A stretch of DNA of 40,455 nt from Candidatus Giovannonibacteria bacterium (GTDB taxonomy: Bacteria > Patescibacteriota > Minisyncoccia > UBA11713 > 2-01-FULL-45-33): contig CP066687.1 of the NCBI GenBank assembly GCA_016432405.1, positions 1 to 40,455 of the forward strand, in the 5' to 3' direction. The translations under genes were made by a program, and so were the position numbers. Below the pieces are notes generated by a model. The model did no database searches. It saw only the letters and a program-made list of their open reading frames with translations, and was not told the DNA's origin. Shown here in pieces: positions 8,774-17,138 of the stretch (the first letter of the stretch is position 1; every line of letters begins with the position of its first letter).

Positions 8774-9445
8774 TCAGTTGCGGAAAGAAGCACGGTTCTC
8801 GACGTTCCAGCGATCGGCGTGGGCGAACTCGAGGATGCCCACACGCCAGCCATCCGAGTGCCGAAAGGCGAACACCGCGAAGACGTTACCGCCAACCTCT
8901 ATAAAAAAGATGCTTGCGTAGCCGTCGGTGCGGAGCTTCAGAGGATTTTTCCCCTTCTCGCAGTTGCGAATAAGCTCGTCAATCTGCTTTGGGCTCCAGC
9001 ACCTTCCTTTCTCGATGAGAGCTCTCTTGAGTTCATTGACGGAGTTGCAGGGGGCCCCGAGATTCGCCGCGGTCATCTCTTGGAACGTCGGTTCCTTGGC
9101 GAGTTCAAGTGTCGAGGCGGTTCCCGCGCCTACGGCCGGAACGGTTTCCGGCAGCCAGCGGTCAAAATCCGAGTCGCGGTAGGCGAAGACGCCGTCGCCG
9201 ATTTTGAAGCAATCCACTGTTTTCACGGCGGGTGCTTCGGATATAGATACTCCGGAGGCAATGAGCTTGAGAAGCTGGGGCATCGGTTCTTTATTTTTCT
9301 GGATAGGCGCCCAGCAGGGTTCCTGACGGAGGAACTTTTTGAGCTCTTGCTCCCAAATATCGCCTTCATTGCCGAGAAGATTTTTCTCCAGCTGATGACG
9401 CAGTCCGATGTTTTTTCGGAGCGCGTTTCTGAGCATGATGTTCAT
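8774..9445 (-). CDS. Hypothetical protein (cassette 1), no recognised domain
   Basis: 223-aa ORF with an SD (AAAGGAG) 8 nt upstream of the ATG, a consensus promoter and its own terminator. It looks more GC-rich than its neighbours. Confidence 0.7.
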   Translation of the reverse strand: MNIMLRNALRKNIGLRHQLEKNLLGNEGDIWEQELKKFLRQEPCWAPIQKNKEPMPQLLKLIASGVSISEAPAVKTVDCFKIGDGVFAYRDSDFDRWLPETVPAVGAGTASTLELAKEPTFQEMTAANLGAPCNSVNELKRALIEKGRCWSPKQIDELIRNCEKGKNPLKLRTDGYASIFFIEVGGNVFAVFAFRHSDGWRVGILEFAHADRWNVENRASFRN

Positions 9446-9540
9446 GGTCAGACTCCTTTCTTTTTGTCAATTTGCGCCTTGCATAAATCAAGGGCTTTAT
9501 GCTCGCCCCTTGGCTTTATTTAGCCCTATTTTAGCTTTCT
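9446..9540 (-). promoter_or_regulatory. Conserved 5' leader (copy 1) with hairpin GCAUAAA-GCCCUUGA-UUUAUGC
   Basis: It shares the ordered blocks AAAUAGGGC, hairpin, CAAGGCG and ACAAAAAGAAAGGAG with the leader at 23152-23233. The hairpin is at 9481-9502. Confidence 0.55.
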
Positions 9541-9546
9541 GCCTCT

Positions 9547-9575
9547 ATTATACTCCTATCCCTAAACTTTGTCAA
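9547..9575 (-). promoter_or_regulatory. Consensus sigma70-type promoter of cassette 1
   Basis: Minus sense reads TTGACA (9575-9570), a 17-nt spacer, then TATAAT (9552-9547). Confidence 0.7.
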
Positions 9576-9578
9576 ATG

Positions 9579-9608
9579 CAAGTTTGAGAGCGATAGCTGT
9601 CAAACTTG
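9579..9608. repeat. Inverted repeat CAAGTTTGA-N12-TCAAACTTG just upstream of the cassette 1 promoter
   Basis: Perfect 9-bp arms. It is a possible operator or a leftover terminator of the displaced beta-CASP 3' end. Confidence 0.5.
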
Positions 9609-9633
9609 TAATCAGTAATATCAGTTATTAGTG

Positions 9634-9708
9634 CTAAATTTCCACACTCTCGCCGTATTTTGGGGCGAAGGCCGGAATGCCTAGATTATCGCGGAGTTTG
9701 AGAAATTA
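9634..9708 (-). pseudogene. Orphan duplicate of the 3' end of the beta-CASP gene (10803-12122)
   Basis: 9642-9696 aligns with 10811-10865 at 47 of 55 positions by manual alignment. It translates to LRDNLGIPAFAPKYGESVEI*, against IRDNLGIPAYAPKYGESVEI* at the real gene end. Confidence 0.75.
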
Positions 9709-9712
9709 GCTT

Positions 9713-10747
9713 TTACTCTATAGAATTTGGCTCCAACACGAACCTCATTATCAACAAGTTATGGTCATCAAAAAGTTTCCATATGCCGGCGAAAAAATAA
9801 AGATATTTGTTATAATTTTTTAATCCAACTAATTCTATGGCCCTGTTTTTATTTTCTGCTAATCGTTCAAACCAGGCTCTCAAAGTGGGACGGTAATCGT
9901 GGATTGAATGGTGGACGATCCTAAAACCGGCCTTCTCAAAGATGTTTAAATGATTTTGAAGCGAAGAAAGTTCGGAACCAGGGAAAATACTAAGTCCGCC
10001 CGCTAGCGCGTTAGGGCAAGGCACTTCGTCTATTTGACAGAAAAAATGATGAACTATCCTGCCGTTGGGCTTTATGGCTTTCCGCAACTTTTGAGATAAG
10101 AGCAACAAATCTTTTTGTCTTACATGCTCCCAGCTTCCGATAGAGAAAATTTTATCAAAAGAGTTTTCCTGGTATTTCGTGGTTATAAAATCCTTAAATT
10201 CAACGTGAAAGCCGTATTTTTCGTTAATATATTTTGTTTGTTCCTCGGATAAAGTATAGCCAACCAAGTTTTCTTTATCGCCGGTAACTTCATAAATTTT
10301 TTGCAACATACTGCCCCAGCCGCACCCCAAATCTAAAATTTTTTCACCAGGCCTCGGATCAATTAGATTAACTAAATAATTGGCCTTATTTTCTTGGGCA
10401 TCTTCGAGGCTCTCTGTTGATTTTATAAAGTCAGCGCAACTGTAAAACATATATTTTTTATCAAGGAAGAGTTTATAAAATTCGTTAGAAATATCGTAAT
10501 GTTTGGATATGCCATAAGAGTGGCTTTTGTACATTAAAGTATGCCGGTAGTAGGAGATGATAAATTTTCTAAACATTTTTGGCGGATAATGATCCTCAAC
10601 CCATTTTCTAAACACGCCCGGTTTTGTAATTAAATCCCAGGTTTTTTGCGGATCCAGCGGCTTTTTGCCTATAATCAAGAATTTAAACAAAGCAAAGCCC
10701 AAACCGAAAACAATCAACTCTGGTAAAAATAAGATAAATTTTTTCAT
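9713..10747 (-). CDS. SAM-dependent methyltransferase, cyclopropane-fatty-acyl-phospholipid synthase-like, with N-terminal TM helix
   Basis: Contains ILDLGCGWGSM (SAM motif I) and CMAS-like flanking sequence. The gene is markedly AT-rich compared with its neighbours. Confidence 0.75.
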   Translation of the reverse strand: MKKFILFLPELIVFGLGFALFKFLIIGKKPLDPQKTWDLITKPGVFRKWVEDHYPPKMFRKFIISYYRHTLMYKSHSYGISKHYDISNEFYKLFLDKKYMFYSCADFIKSTESLEDAQENKANYLVNLIDPRPGEKILDLGCGWGSMLQKIYEVTGDKENLVGYTLSEEQTKYINEKYGFHVEFKDFITTKYQENSFDKIFSIGSWEHVRQKDLLLLSQKLRKAIKPNGRIVHHFFCQIDEVPCPNALAGGLSIFPGSELSSLQNHLNIFEKAGFRIVHHSIHDYRPTLRAWFERLAENKNRAIELVGLKNYNKYLYFFAGIWKLFDDHNLLIMRFVLEPNSIE

Positions 10748-10802
10748 ATTGATAGGTATAGTATTATAAAATTATCAGAAAATCAAGTAGGGGGTGTTTT
10801 AT

Positions 10803-12122
10803 TTAAATCTCAACACTCTCGCCGTATTTTGGGGCATAGGCCGGAATACCAAGATTGTCACGGATTTTTTGGACGAGAGCCAAAGAGGATTTCGGCTCGC
10901 CGTGGACAGCGTAGACCTTTTTAAGCGTGTCGGAGTGGGCGCGGACGAATTCAAAAAGCGCGTCGCGGTCGGCGTGCGCGGAATAGCCGGAAATCACCTC
11001 AACGCGGCATCTGACCGGAATTTCCTCGCCGAAAATCTCAACGCTTTTTGCGCCGTCCTCTATGCGCCTGCCCAGAGAGCCGGGCGCCTGGTAGCTTACA
11101 ATGAGAAGGGTGCTTCTTTCGTCGGGCAAATATCTCCGCTCATGATGCAAAATCCTCCCACCGGTCGACATCCCCGAACCGGCGATAATAATTTTAGGCG
11201 GCGGGACGCCGTTTATTTTTTTGGATTCTTCGGTGGTCAGGGAAAAATTGACGCCGGGAAACTTAAAAAATGGAATCTTCAAATATTTTTCGTAAATTGA
11301 CGTCGCCTTGATTGAAAGAGGGCTGTCCAGATAAACTGGAATTTTAGGGATTTGTTTTTCTCCCATCATTTTGGATATCACCGATAAAAGCTCCTGCGTC
11401 CTCTCCAAAGCGAAAGCGGGAATCATTAAAACTCCTCCCTGTTTTACAGTCCGCTCAATCACCCGTTCCAGCATCAAAACCCTCTCTGCGCTTTCGTGGG
11501 CGCGGTCGCCGTAGGTTGATTCCATAATCAAACAAGTCGGTTTTTTGACCACCTCCGCAGACCTTTGCAAAATGCTTTCAGCGTTGCCGATGTCTCCACT
11601 GAATAAAATCCGCTCGCCGCCGGAGTCAAAAACGGCCATGGCCGAACCTAATATGTGCCCGGCGTCGTAAAGAGCCGCGGAAAAGCCGCCTATTTTTATC
11701 TCCTCGTGCGTTTCTTTTGCTTCCCACAAAGACGCCGCCTTATCCACGTCGGCTTCGGAATACAACGGCCCCTCGCCCTCGCGCCTCGCCTCTTTCTCCA
11801 AAACGCCGACGCTGTCTTTTAACATAAGTTCCGCCAGCTCTTTGGTCGCGTGGCTGGAAAAAATCTTTCCGCGAAAGCCGTCTTTTATGAGTTTCGGAAT
11901 CCTACCGGTGTGGTCAATGTGCGCATGGGTCACAAAAAGCGCATCTATGCTTTCCGGGCCGAACGGAAATGGCTCGCGGCTCCGAATATCGCAGAATTTC
12001 GGACACTGAAACAGCCCGCAATCCACCAAAATTTTTGTCCGCCGGCCAGCGGATTCCGATTCAAGCAAAAAACAGCTTCCGGTAACCTCCTGTGCCGCGC
12101 CGTAAAAAGAAAGCCGGGTCAT
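10803..12122 (-). CDS. MBL-fold beta-CASP RNA-metabolising hydrolase (CPSF/RNase J-like)
   Basis: HAHIDHTG metal motif, an N-terminal GAAQEVTGSC segment and a beta-CASP-like C-terminal half. Confidence 0.8.
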   Translation of the reverse strand: MTRLSFYGAAQEVTGSCFLLESESAGRRTKILVDCGLFQCPKFCDIRSREPFPFGPESIDALFVTHAHIDHTGRIPKLIKDGFRGKIFSSHATKELAELMLKDSVGVLEKEARREGEGPLYSEADVDKAASLWEAKETHEEIKIGGFSAALYDAGHILGSAMAVFDSGGERILFSGDIGNAESILQRSAEVVKKPTCLIMESTYGDRAHESAERVLMLERVIERTVKQGGVLMIPAFALERTQELLSVISKMMGEKQIPKIPVYLDSPLSIKATSIYEKYLKIPFFKFPGVNFSLTTEESKKINGVPPPKIIIAGSGMSTGGRILHHERRYLPDERSTLLIVSYQAPGSLGRRIEDGAKSVEIFGEEIPVRCRVEVISGYSAHADRDALFEFVRAHSDTLKKVYAVHGEPKSSLALVQKIRDNLGIPAYAPKYGESVEI

Positions 12123-12502
12123 ATTATAAGGAAAAGGCCAACAGCCCCGCCCAATAAGTCAAAGAATAAATCTGAAAGCGTGTCTTCATAGCCGAGAAAA
12201 CCGATATTTACGACGTAGCGGTCTAAAATAAATTCAAAAAACTCCCAGAAAACTCCGGCAAATGCGACCGCACCCAAGACGGCTGCAGCAAATAAAAACC
12301 TTGGGGGAGAAAATGGCGGACCAAAACGTTTCGCGCACCAATTAAAAACAAGCGACACCCAAACTCCTCCCAAAAAATGGTGCGCCATATCCAGCCACCA
12401 AAAGAGATAATAAAGGTTAAACCACAAAGCCAGACCGTGGATTAACAAAAGAAAAACTAAAAATACAAAAATTAAAAGATAGGATTCAAAAAATGGTTTC
12501 AT
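12119..12502 (-). CDS. Hypothetical membrane protein
   Basis: Four predicted TM helices. I chose the ATG at 12502, which overlaps the ndk TGA as TGATG. The ORF-track start at 12505 is TTG. Confidence 0.5.
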   Translation of the reverse strand: MKPFFESYLLIFVFLVFLLLIHGLALWFNLYYLFWWLDMAHHFLGGVWVSLVFNWCAKRFGPPFSPPRFLFAAAVLGAVAFAGVFWEFFEFILDRYVVNIGFLGYEDTLSDLFFDLLGGAVGLFLII

Positions 12503-13092
12503 CAAAACATCACATTCTCGTCAGCGCGCTTATAATCGTGGATTTCCTCCGGAGCAAACCAATGCTCTATCTCATGCGCCGCCTCTTCTTCGTTTCCGGA
12601 AGCGTGCACAATATTTTTAATCGCCCTTTTCTCAACATTTGCAGCTGAGGGAGTATCAATGGAAAAATCGCCTCGGATAGTCCCCGGCAGCGCTTCAACC
12701 GGATAAGTATGGCCGACAATTTTCCGTACCACAGTTACAGCGTGCATCCCTTCTATGATGAAAGCGGTTACTGGCCCGGAGGTCAGGTGTTCTGCCAGCC
12801 ACCCTTTGACCTGTTTGCCGATCGCGACATTTTCGTCCGTCCCGAAATGTTCTTTTACGTCAACATTCTTGGCCTTAAAAAATTCCTTCGTCCGCGCGCC
12901 GACATTTGAAAACCAATCTTCATCGGAAGGATAATGTTTATTTACGTGCTCCGCGGAAGGCCAAACCATCTTTAGCGCGATAATTTTAAGCCCCCGCTTT
13001 TCAAAGCGCGAAACTATTTCCCCAACGATGCCGCGCATCACCCCTTCTGGCTTTATTAAAACAAAAGTTCTCTCTTCTTGCGGTTTTTGCAT
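12502..13092 (-). CDS. ndk: Nucleoside diphosphate kinase (long form)
   Basis: ERTFVLIKPEGVMRGIVGEIVSRFEKRGLKIIALKM and NIVHASG (active-site His). I chose the ATG at 13092 over the GTG at 13119. Confidence 0.8.
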   Translation of the reverse strand: MQKPQEERTFVLIKPEGVMRGIVGEIVSRFEKRGLKIIALKMVWPSAEHVNKHYPSDEDWFSNVGARTKEFFKAKNVDVKEHFGTDENVAIGKQVKGWLAEHLTSGPVTAFIIEGMHAVTVVRKIVGHTYPVEALPGTIRGDFSIDTPSAANVEKRAIKNIVHASGNEEEAAHEIEHWFAPEEIHDYKRADENVMF

Positions 13093-13164
13093 ATTAAATT
13101 GACAATAACAAATCTCCACGCTGCTTTCAAGTTGTTTTTCTTATTATCTTTTTTATCATTAATT

Positions 13165-13200
13165 ACTAAAATTCTATAACGATCGTTTTAAAATTTTAGC
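13165..13200 (-). promoter_or_regulatory. 36-nt palindromic box D, downstream of regulator 2 and upstream of ndk
   Basis: ACTAAAATTCTATAACGATCGTTTTAAAATTTTAGC. Arms are ACTAAAAT/ATTTTAG with a CGATCG core. Confidence 0.55.
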
Positions 13201-13221
13201 AAGCTTGCGCAACAACAATTT

Positions 13222-13791
13222 TTATACCAATTCCCTAACCGTCCCCGCTTTACCAACTTCTAAAATATGCACACAACCAAGCAAGTGCCTCGTGCGCAAA
13301 TCTTCCAAAAATCTTTCCGGGATTCTGCTCTTACCTATCCAAACGCTTTTCTGTAACATTTTAAAACGCAAAAACTTTAACGCTTCCCTAATCCAAGCAC
13401 GTTTCCATTTCTCTTTCTCCGGAATATCAAATAGCACGATTTTCAACTTATCATCGCGGGCAATTTCGTAATCAACCCCACCTCTCTCTTCAAACAATTT
13501 AAGCTTATCAAGACCCGCCGCCGTTATTTTCCACAAAATTCCGCTGCTGTTGCTGTTTTTTTCAACCAATCCTTGCCTTTTTAAGTGGTTAAGCAACGAA
13601 TAAAATTTCTGCTTTTCAATACGTTCTTTTAAATCCTTTTTGGCTGCGAGAGCCCCTGCATATAATGCTCTTCTAGCACTTTTATAAGACCGCTGGTAAT
13701 TTGGTAAAATTTCATCCAAAATCTCCAAAGTGGCCAATCCTCCACCAGCCAAAACTTTTAAAATTTCTTCTATTTTCTTGGATCTCCGCAT
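13222..13791 (-). CDS. PaaX-like transcriptional regulator (wHTH plus Cas2/PaaX-type fold), paralog 2
   Basis: VLFDIPEKEKWKRAWIREALKFLRFKMLQKSVWIG matches the same motif as 2069-2629, with the same length and architecture. Confidence 0.6.
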   Translation of the reverse strand: MRRSKKIEEILKVLAGGGLATLEILDEILPNYQRSYKSARRALYAGALAAKKDLKERIEKQKFYSLLNHLKRQGLVEKNSNSSGILWKITAAGLDKLKLFEERGGVDYEIARDDKLKIVLFDIPEKEKWKRAWIREALKFLRFKMLQKSVWIGKSRIPERFLEDLRTRHLLGCVHILEVGKAGTVRELV

Positions 13792-13803
13792 TGTGACTAT
13801 ATT

Positions 13804-13839
13804 ACTAAAATTATAATGCGATCGTCAAATAATTTTAGT
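13804..13839 (-). promoter_or_regulatory. 36-nt palindromic box E overlapping the promoter of regulator 2
   Basis: ACTAAAATTATAATGCGATCGTCAAATAATTTTAGT. In minus sense it contains TTGACG (13828-13823), an 18-nt spacer and TAATAT (13804-13799), 7 nt before the ATG at 13791. Confidence 0.55.
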
Positions 13840-13841
13840 GA

Positions 13842-14717
13842 CTATTTCCAAACTAAATCGCCATTCCTAATTTCTAAAGTAATCGTTCCGTCTAAATCGG
13901 TACGGAAAATTTTAGCGCCGATGGCTTCAAGATTTGATAAAGTTTGCTGATGCGGATGTCCGTAGCGGTTTCTGGCGCCTACGGAAATCACGGCGTATTC
14001 GGGTTTTGCGGCGGCCAGGAAAAAATCGTTGCTGGAGGTTTTGGAGCCGTGATGTCCAGTTTTTAAAACATCAACATCACCGATTTTTCCTTCGTCAGCC
14101 AAGCGTTTCTCAATATTTTTTTCGGCGTCCGACATAAACAAAATCTTTTTGCCGTTAAAATCCAGCTCGGAAATTAAAGCGGAGTCATGCACGTTTTTTA
14201 AAGTTTTTCCCAAAAAAGATTCTTCCGGGTAAATGAACCTCAAAACCGCGTTATTATAAAAATTTAAACCAACGGGGCGCTCAATAATTATTTTCTTAAT
14301 ATTTTTTTCTTTGACCATCTTCTCAAATATTTTCGCTTCTGCTGTATGATAATCCGCTCCGCTTTCTATGAGCATACCGACATCATACTTTTCCAGCACT
14401 TCAATGAGTCCCGAGACGTGGTCGGCGTGCGGATGCGTAAGCACAACCACGTCAATATACTTGTCAAAGTATGGCATCCGCTCCCCAAGAAGCGGCAAAA
14501 TCCTGTTAGGCGGGCCGCCGTCAATTAAAATCTGCGTGCCGTCATAGGATTCAATAAAAATCGAGTCTCCCTGCCCGACGTCAAAAAAGCTGACCATGAG
14601 TTCTGGTTTTTCCTGGCTTTGGTAAAACGCCAGCGCGGAAACAAAAAAGAGAGATGCGGAAAGCGCCGAGGAGGCGAAAAATATTTTTTTGCCGTTTGAT
14701 CTGAAAAAATCTTTCAT
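13842..14717 (-). CDS. comEC: ComEC/Rec2 C-terminal metallo-beta-lactamase domain protein (separate ORF)
   Basis: FFDVGQGDSIFIE, THPHADHVSG and a TGHHGS motif, with an N-terminal TM anchor. Its ATG overlaps the stop of the upstream ComEC ORF (ATGA). Confidence 0.8.
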   Translation of the reverse strand: MKDFFRSNGKKIFFASSALSASLFFVSALAFYQSQEKPELMVSFFDVGQGDSIFIESYDGTQILIDGGPPNRILPLLGERMPYFDKYIDVVVLTHPHADHVSGLIEVLEKYDVGMLIESGADYHTAEAKIFEKMVKEKNIKKIIIERPVGLNFYNNAVLRFIYPEESFLGKTLKNVHDSALISELDFNGKKILFMSDAEKNIEKRLADEGKIGDVDVLKTGHHGSKTSSNDFFLAAAKPEYAVISVGARNRYGHPHQQTLSNLEAIGAKIFRTDLDGTITLEIRNGDLVWK

Positions 14718-16117
14718 ATGAGCCCGGAGAAAAAATTAACCAAAAAAAGCTGCCAGGAAATCAAAAGATAAGCGGGCGCGGCCAGCGCTTGTCCCAAAGC
14801 CCCGGAAATAAAACCGCCCAAAGCGCCCAAAAAACCAAAAAACATAACCGCCGGCACGGCAATTACAACCAGAATGTTCGCCGGAAGAGAAAATACTGAA
14901 ACCGCATTTCCCCAAGAAATTAAAAGCGGAAGAACAAAAAGCTGGGCCGAGGCGGAAGCGGCGGCCGTTTCGCGGATGCCCCAAAATTTAGGGAAAAGCC
15001 AAAACTTTTTTTGGAAAAACCCGGAAAGCAAAATTAGGCCGAGCGTCGCCATAAAAGAAAGCTGAAACCCCCTGTCAAATTTTAAATACATCGGGTTCCA
15101 CAAAATCATAAAAAGGGCCGCCCAAAGCAAGGAAAGCGCCGGCAATGTTTTCCTGCCCACGCGCAAAGCCAAAAGGCCGATTAAGGCCATAATAGCCGCG
15201 CGCACAGCGGCCGGCTCGGCTCCGGTCATTAAAGTAAAGGCCAAAATGCCGAAAATGGAAATAGACCAAGCGAAAGTTTGCGGCAGGAAAAAACTAAAAA
15301 ACGCCAAAAGCGCGTTGCCGACAATGGTTATATTGTAGCCGGAAAGAACCAAAATATGGATGGTGCTGGTGTTTCTGAACGCGTCAACAATATTTTGAGG
15401 TAATACTCCTTCACGGCCCAAAAGCATGCCGTCCGCCAAAGAGGCGTGGGGCTCCGGCAGGATATTTTTTAAACTTTCTTCAAATTTTTCACGAACCCAA
15501 ACAAGAGCGCCCAAAATAAAGTTTCCGCCGCCGCCTCCGACTTTTTTAATTTCCGGAAAAATCATCTGGGAGTAGATTTGCTGTTTGGCCAGAAATTTGG
15601 CTGTGTCAAATCCTGCGTAATTTTCCGGCTCCTCTATTTTTCCCTTAATCTCCAGCTTGTCGCCATACTTGTATTGCGGGTATGGGCGCGAAACAACCAA
15701 CAATCTGCCCAAATCCGTTTCTAAAATTATTCTGGCGGAATTCGGTTTGGGTTCGCTGGAGACAACCTGTCCGCTCAAAGTTAAAATTTCCCCGTACCGA
15801 TTATGAAGCTGGTCTTTTGCTATACTATTTTCAAAAATGGAGAAACGCAAAGCGCCGAGGAGAAAAAAGAGCAAGAGCAACCCACACCCCACCCCCTGAA
15901 AAGAGAAATACTTTCTCTTTTTTTCCCCCTCTCCTTCACAAGGAGAGGGGGTTAGGGGGTGAGGTATCAATCTTGTGCTAAAAAACAAAGCAATTATAAA
16001 TCCAATCACCAACCCCAAACCTCCAAATATCCAGCTTTGCGGCACATCAAAAAACGAGCGGACTCCAACTCCCGCCAAAAACGCCGAAAGAAAATAAGGT
16101 ATGTATTTTATTGCCAC
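14714..16117 (-). CDS. comEC: ComEC/Rec2 membrane channel part (DUF4131 plus competence domain)
   Basis: 467-aa polytopic protein with ComEC-like segments (HILVLSGYNITIV, AAVRAAIMA). It has a GTG start. Confidence 0.75.
   Translation of the reverse strand: MAIKYIPYFLSAFLAGVGVRSFFDVPQSWIFGGLGLVIGFIIALFFSTRLIPHPLTPSPCEGEGEKKRKYFSFQGVGCGLLLLFFLLGALRFSIFENSIAKDQLHNRYGEILTLSGQVVSSEPKPNSARIILETDLGRLLVVSRPYPQYKYGDKLEIKGKIEEPENYAGFDTAKFLAKQQIYSQMIFPEIKKVGGGGGNFILGALVWVREKFEESLKNILPEPHASLADGMLLGREGVLPQNIVDAFRNTSTIHILVLSGYNITIVGNALLAFFSFFLPQTFAWSISIFGILAFTLMTGAEPAAVRAAIMALIGLLALRVGRKTLPALSLLWAALFMILWNPMYLKFDRGFQLSFMATLGLILLSGFFQKKFWLFPKFWGIRETAAASASAQLFVLPLLISWGNAVSVFSLPANILVVIAVPAVMFFGFLGALGGFISGALGQALAAPAYLLISWQLFLVNFFSGLI
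15899..15951. repeat. Two adjacent perfect hairpins embedded in frame in ComEC
   Basis: AAAAGAGAAA-tac-TTTCTCTTTT (15899-15921) and CCCCCTCTCCTT-cac-AAGGAGAGGGGG (15925-15951). They encode ...PSPCEGEGEKKRKYFSF... Confidence 0.8.
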
Positions 16118-16554
16118 AGCTTACCCTGTTCGGAATCAAGCGCCATATTTACCAATCTGTCCGCAGCTTTATTCTGCTCTCTCCGCACATGGCTGAAAGT
16201 AACCTTAGCAAAATCCATCTTTAAATTCCACACAAAAATAAACAGCGGAAACAATTTTTCTTCCTCAACTTTGTATTCTCCGTTTAACTGCCTCATCACG
16301 AATTCCGAATCCATTTTAAAATTTACCTCCATTTTTTTTGTTTTTTCTTTCCCAAAAAGCGCTTTTATTTTTTTGAGCGCGAAAATCACCGCCGCGTATT
16401 CGGCCTCGTTGTTGGTTTTTATGCCGATTTTCTCCCCACATTCTTTAATCACGCGCCCCTTCTCATCCGAAATCACCACTCCCAGCGCCGCCGGCCCCGG
16501 ATTTCCCCGCGACCCTCCGTCTGTATAAACAATTAGTTTCTCTGATTTAGGCAT
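16108..16554 (-). CDS. rnhA: Ribonuclease HI
   Basis: VYTDGGSRGNPGPAALGVVI, NNEAEY and a C-terminal REQNKAADRL are RNase H type 1 catalytic motifs. Confidence 0.8.
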   Translation of the reverse strand: MPKSEKLIVYTDGGSRGNPGPAALGVVISDEKGRVIKECGEKIGIKTNNEAEYAAVIFALKKIKALFGKEKTKKMEVNFKMDSEFVMRQLNGEYKVEEEKLFPLFIFVWNLKMDFAKVTFSHVRREQNKAADRLVNMALDSEQGKLWQ

Positions 16555-16556
16555 GT

Positions 16557-17138
16557 TTATTTTGCCATTTTCATTAATTCCGATAAAACAACGGGTAATT
16601 TTTTTACGCCGTCGCTTCCAGAAAAATGGCCTTTTTTATGCTCTAGTATAATCTTCGCACCAAGTTTTCGTTTAAATATTTTTGAATTTTGGACAAAAGG
16701 CACATAAAGGTCATTGTCTGAAAATACTGCAACAAATTTTTTAGCTGATTTTTTAACTTTGGCAAAATTTATTTTGGTTTCAAGCCACGGCTTAGCAATT
16801 TTTATCTCCCCGGGCTCAAGATTTGTTAAACTCGTCCATCCCGCCACAAAAATAGCTCCACCGATTTTCTTATTCTTTGGCAACTTTTCCAAATATCTCA
16901 TAATCGCCTGCGTGCCGACGCTATGCCCGACAAAATAAGTATTTCCATCTGCTTTTTTAGCTAGCTTACGCAATTTAGAAACCCAAGTGTTTATTTTTGG
17001 CTTGCCGGTTTCCGGCATTTTTGGAATAAAAACTTTAAACCCTCTTTTTTCAAGTTCTTTTTTAAGCCAAGGAAACCATCCTTCTTTCGGATAGCCCCAC
17101 CACCCGTGAATTATATAAACTATTTTTTGATTAAGCAT
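16557..17138 (-). CDS. Alpha/beta serine hydrolase, YdeN/RBBP9-like
   Basis: Contains IIHGWWGYPKEGWFPWL and a GHSVG nucleophile elbow. The 193-aa size fits the family. Confidence 0.65.
   Translation of the reverse strand: MLNQKIVYIIHGWWGYPKEGWFPWLKKELEKRGFKVFIPKMPETGKPKINTWVSKLRKLAKKADGNTYFVGHSVGTQAIMRYLEKLPKNKKIGGAIFVAGWTSLTNLEPGEIKIAKPWLETKINFAKVKKSAKKFVAVFSDNDLYVPFVQNSKIFKRKLGAKIILEHKKGHFSGSDGVKKLPVVLSELMKMAK

Noticed and set aside
8774-9445. Diversity-generating retroelement target (C-terminal variable region)
   Set aside because: I could find no template-repeat copy of the 3' coding region anywhere in the window, and no reverse transcriptase gene.
8819-9523. 234-aa plus-strand ORF opposite cassette 1
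   Set aside because: The promoter, SD and terminator all support the minus-strand gene. The plus ORF has no RBS and runs through the minus-strand leader and promoter.
9446-9540. H-type pseudoknot between the leader hairpin loop and the 3' CAAGG
   Set aside because: Only 1 nt would remain to cross the 7-bp stem, which is sterically implausible. I report mutually exclusive hairpins instead.
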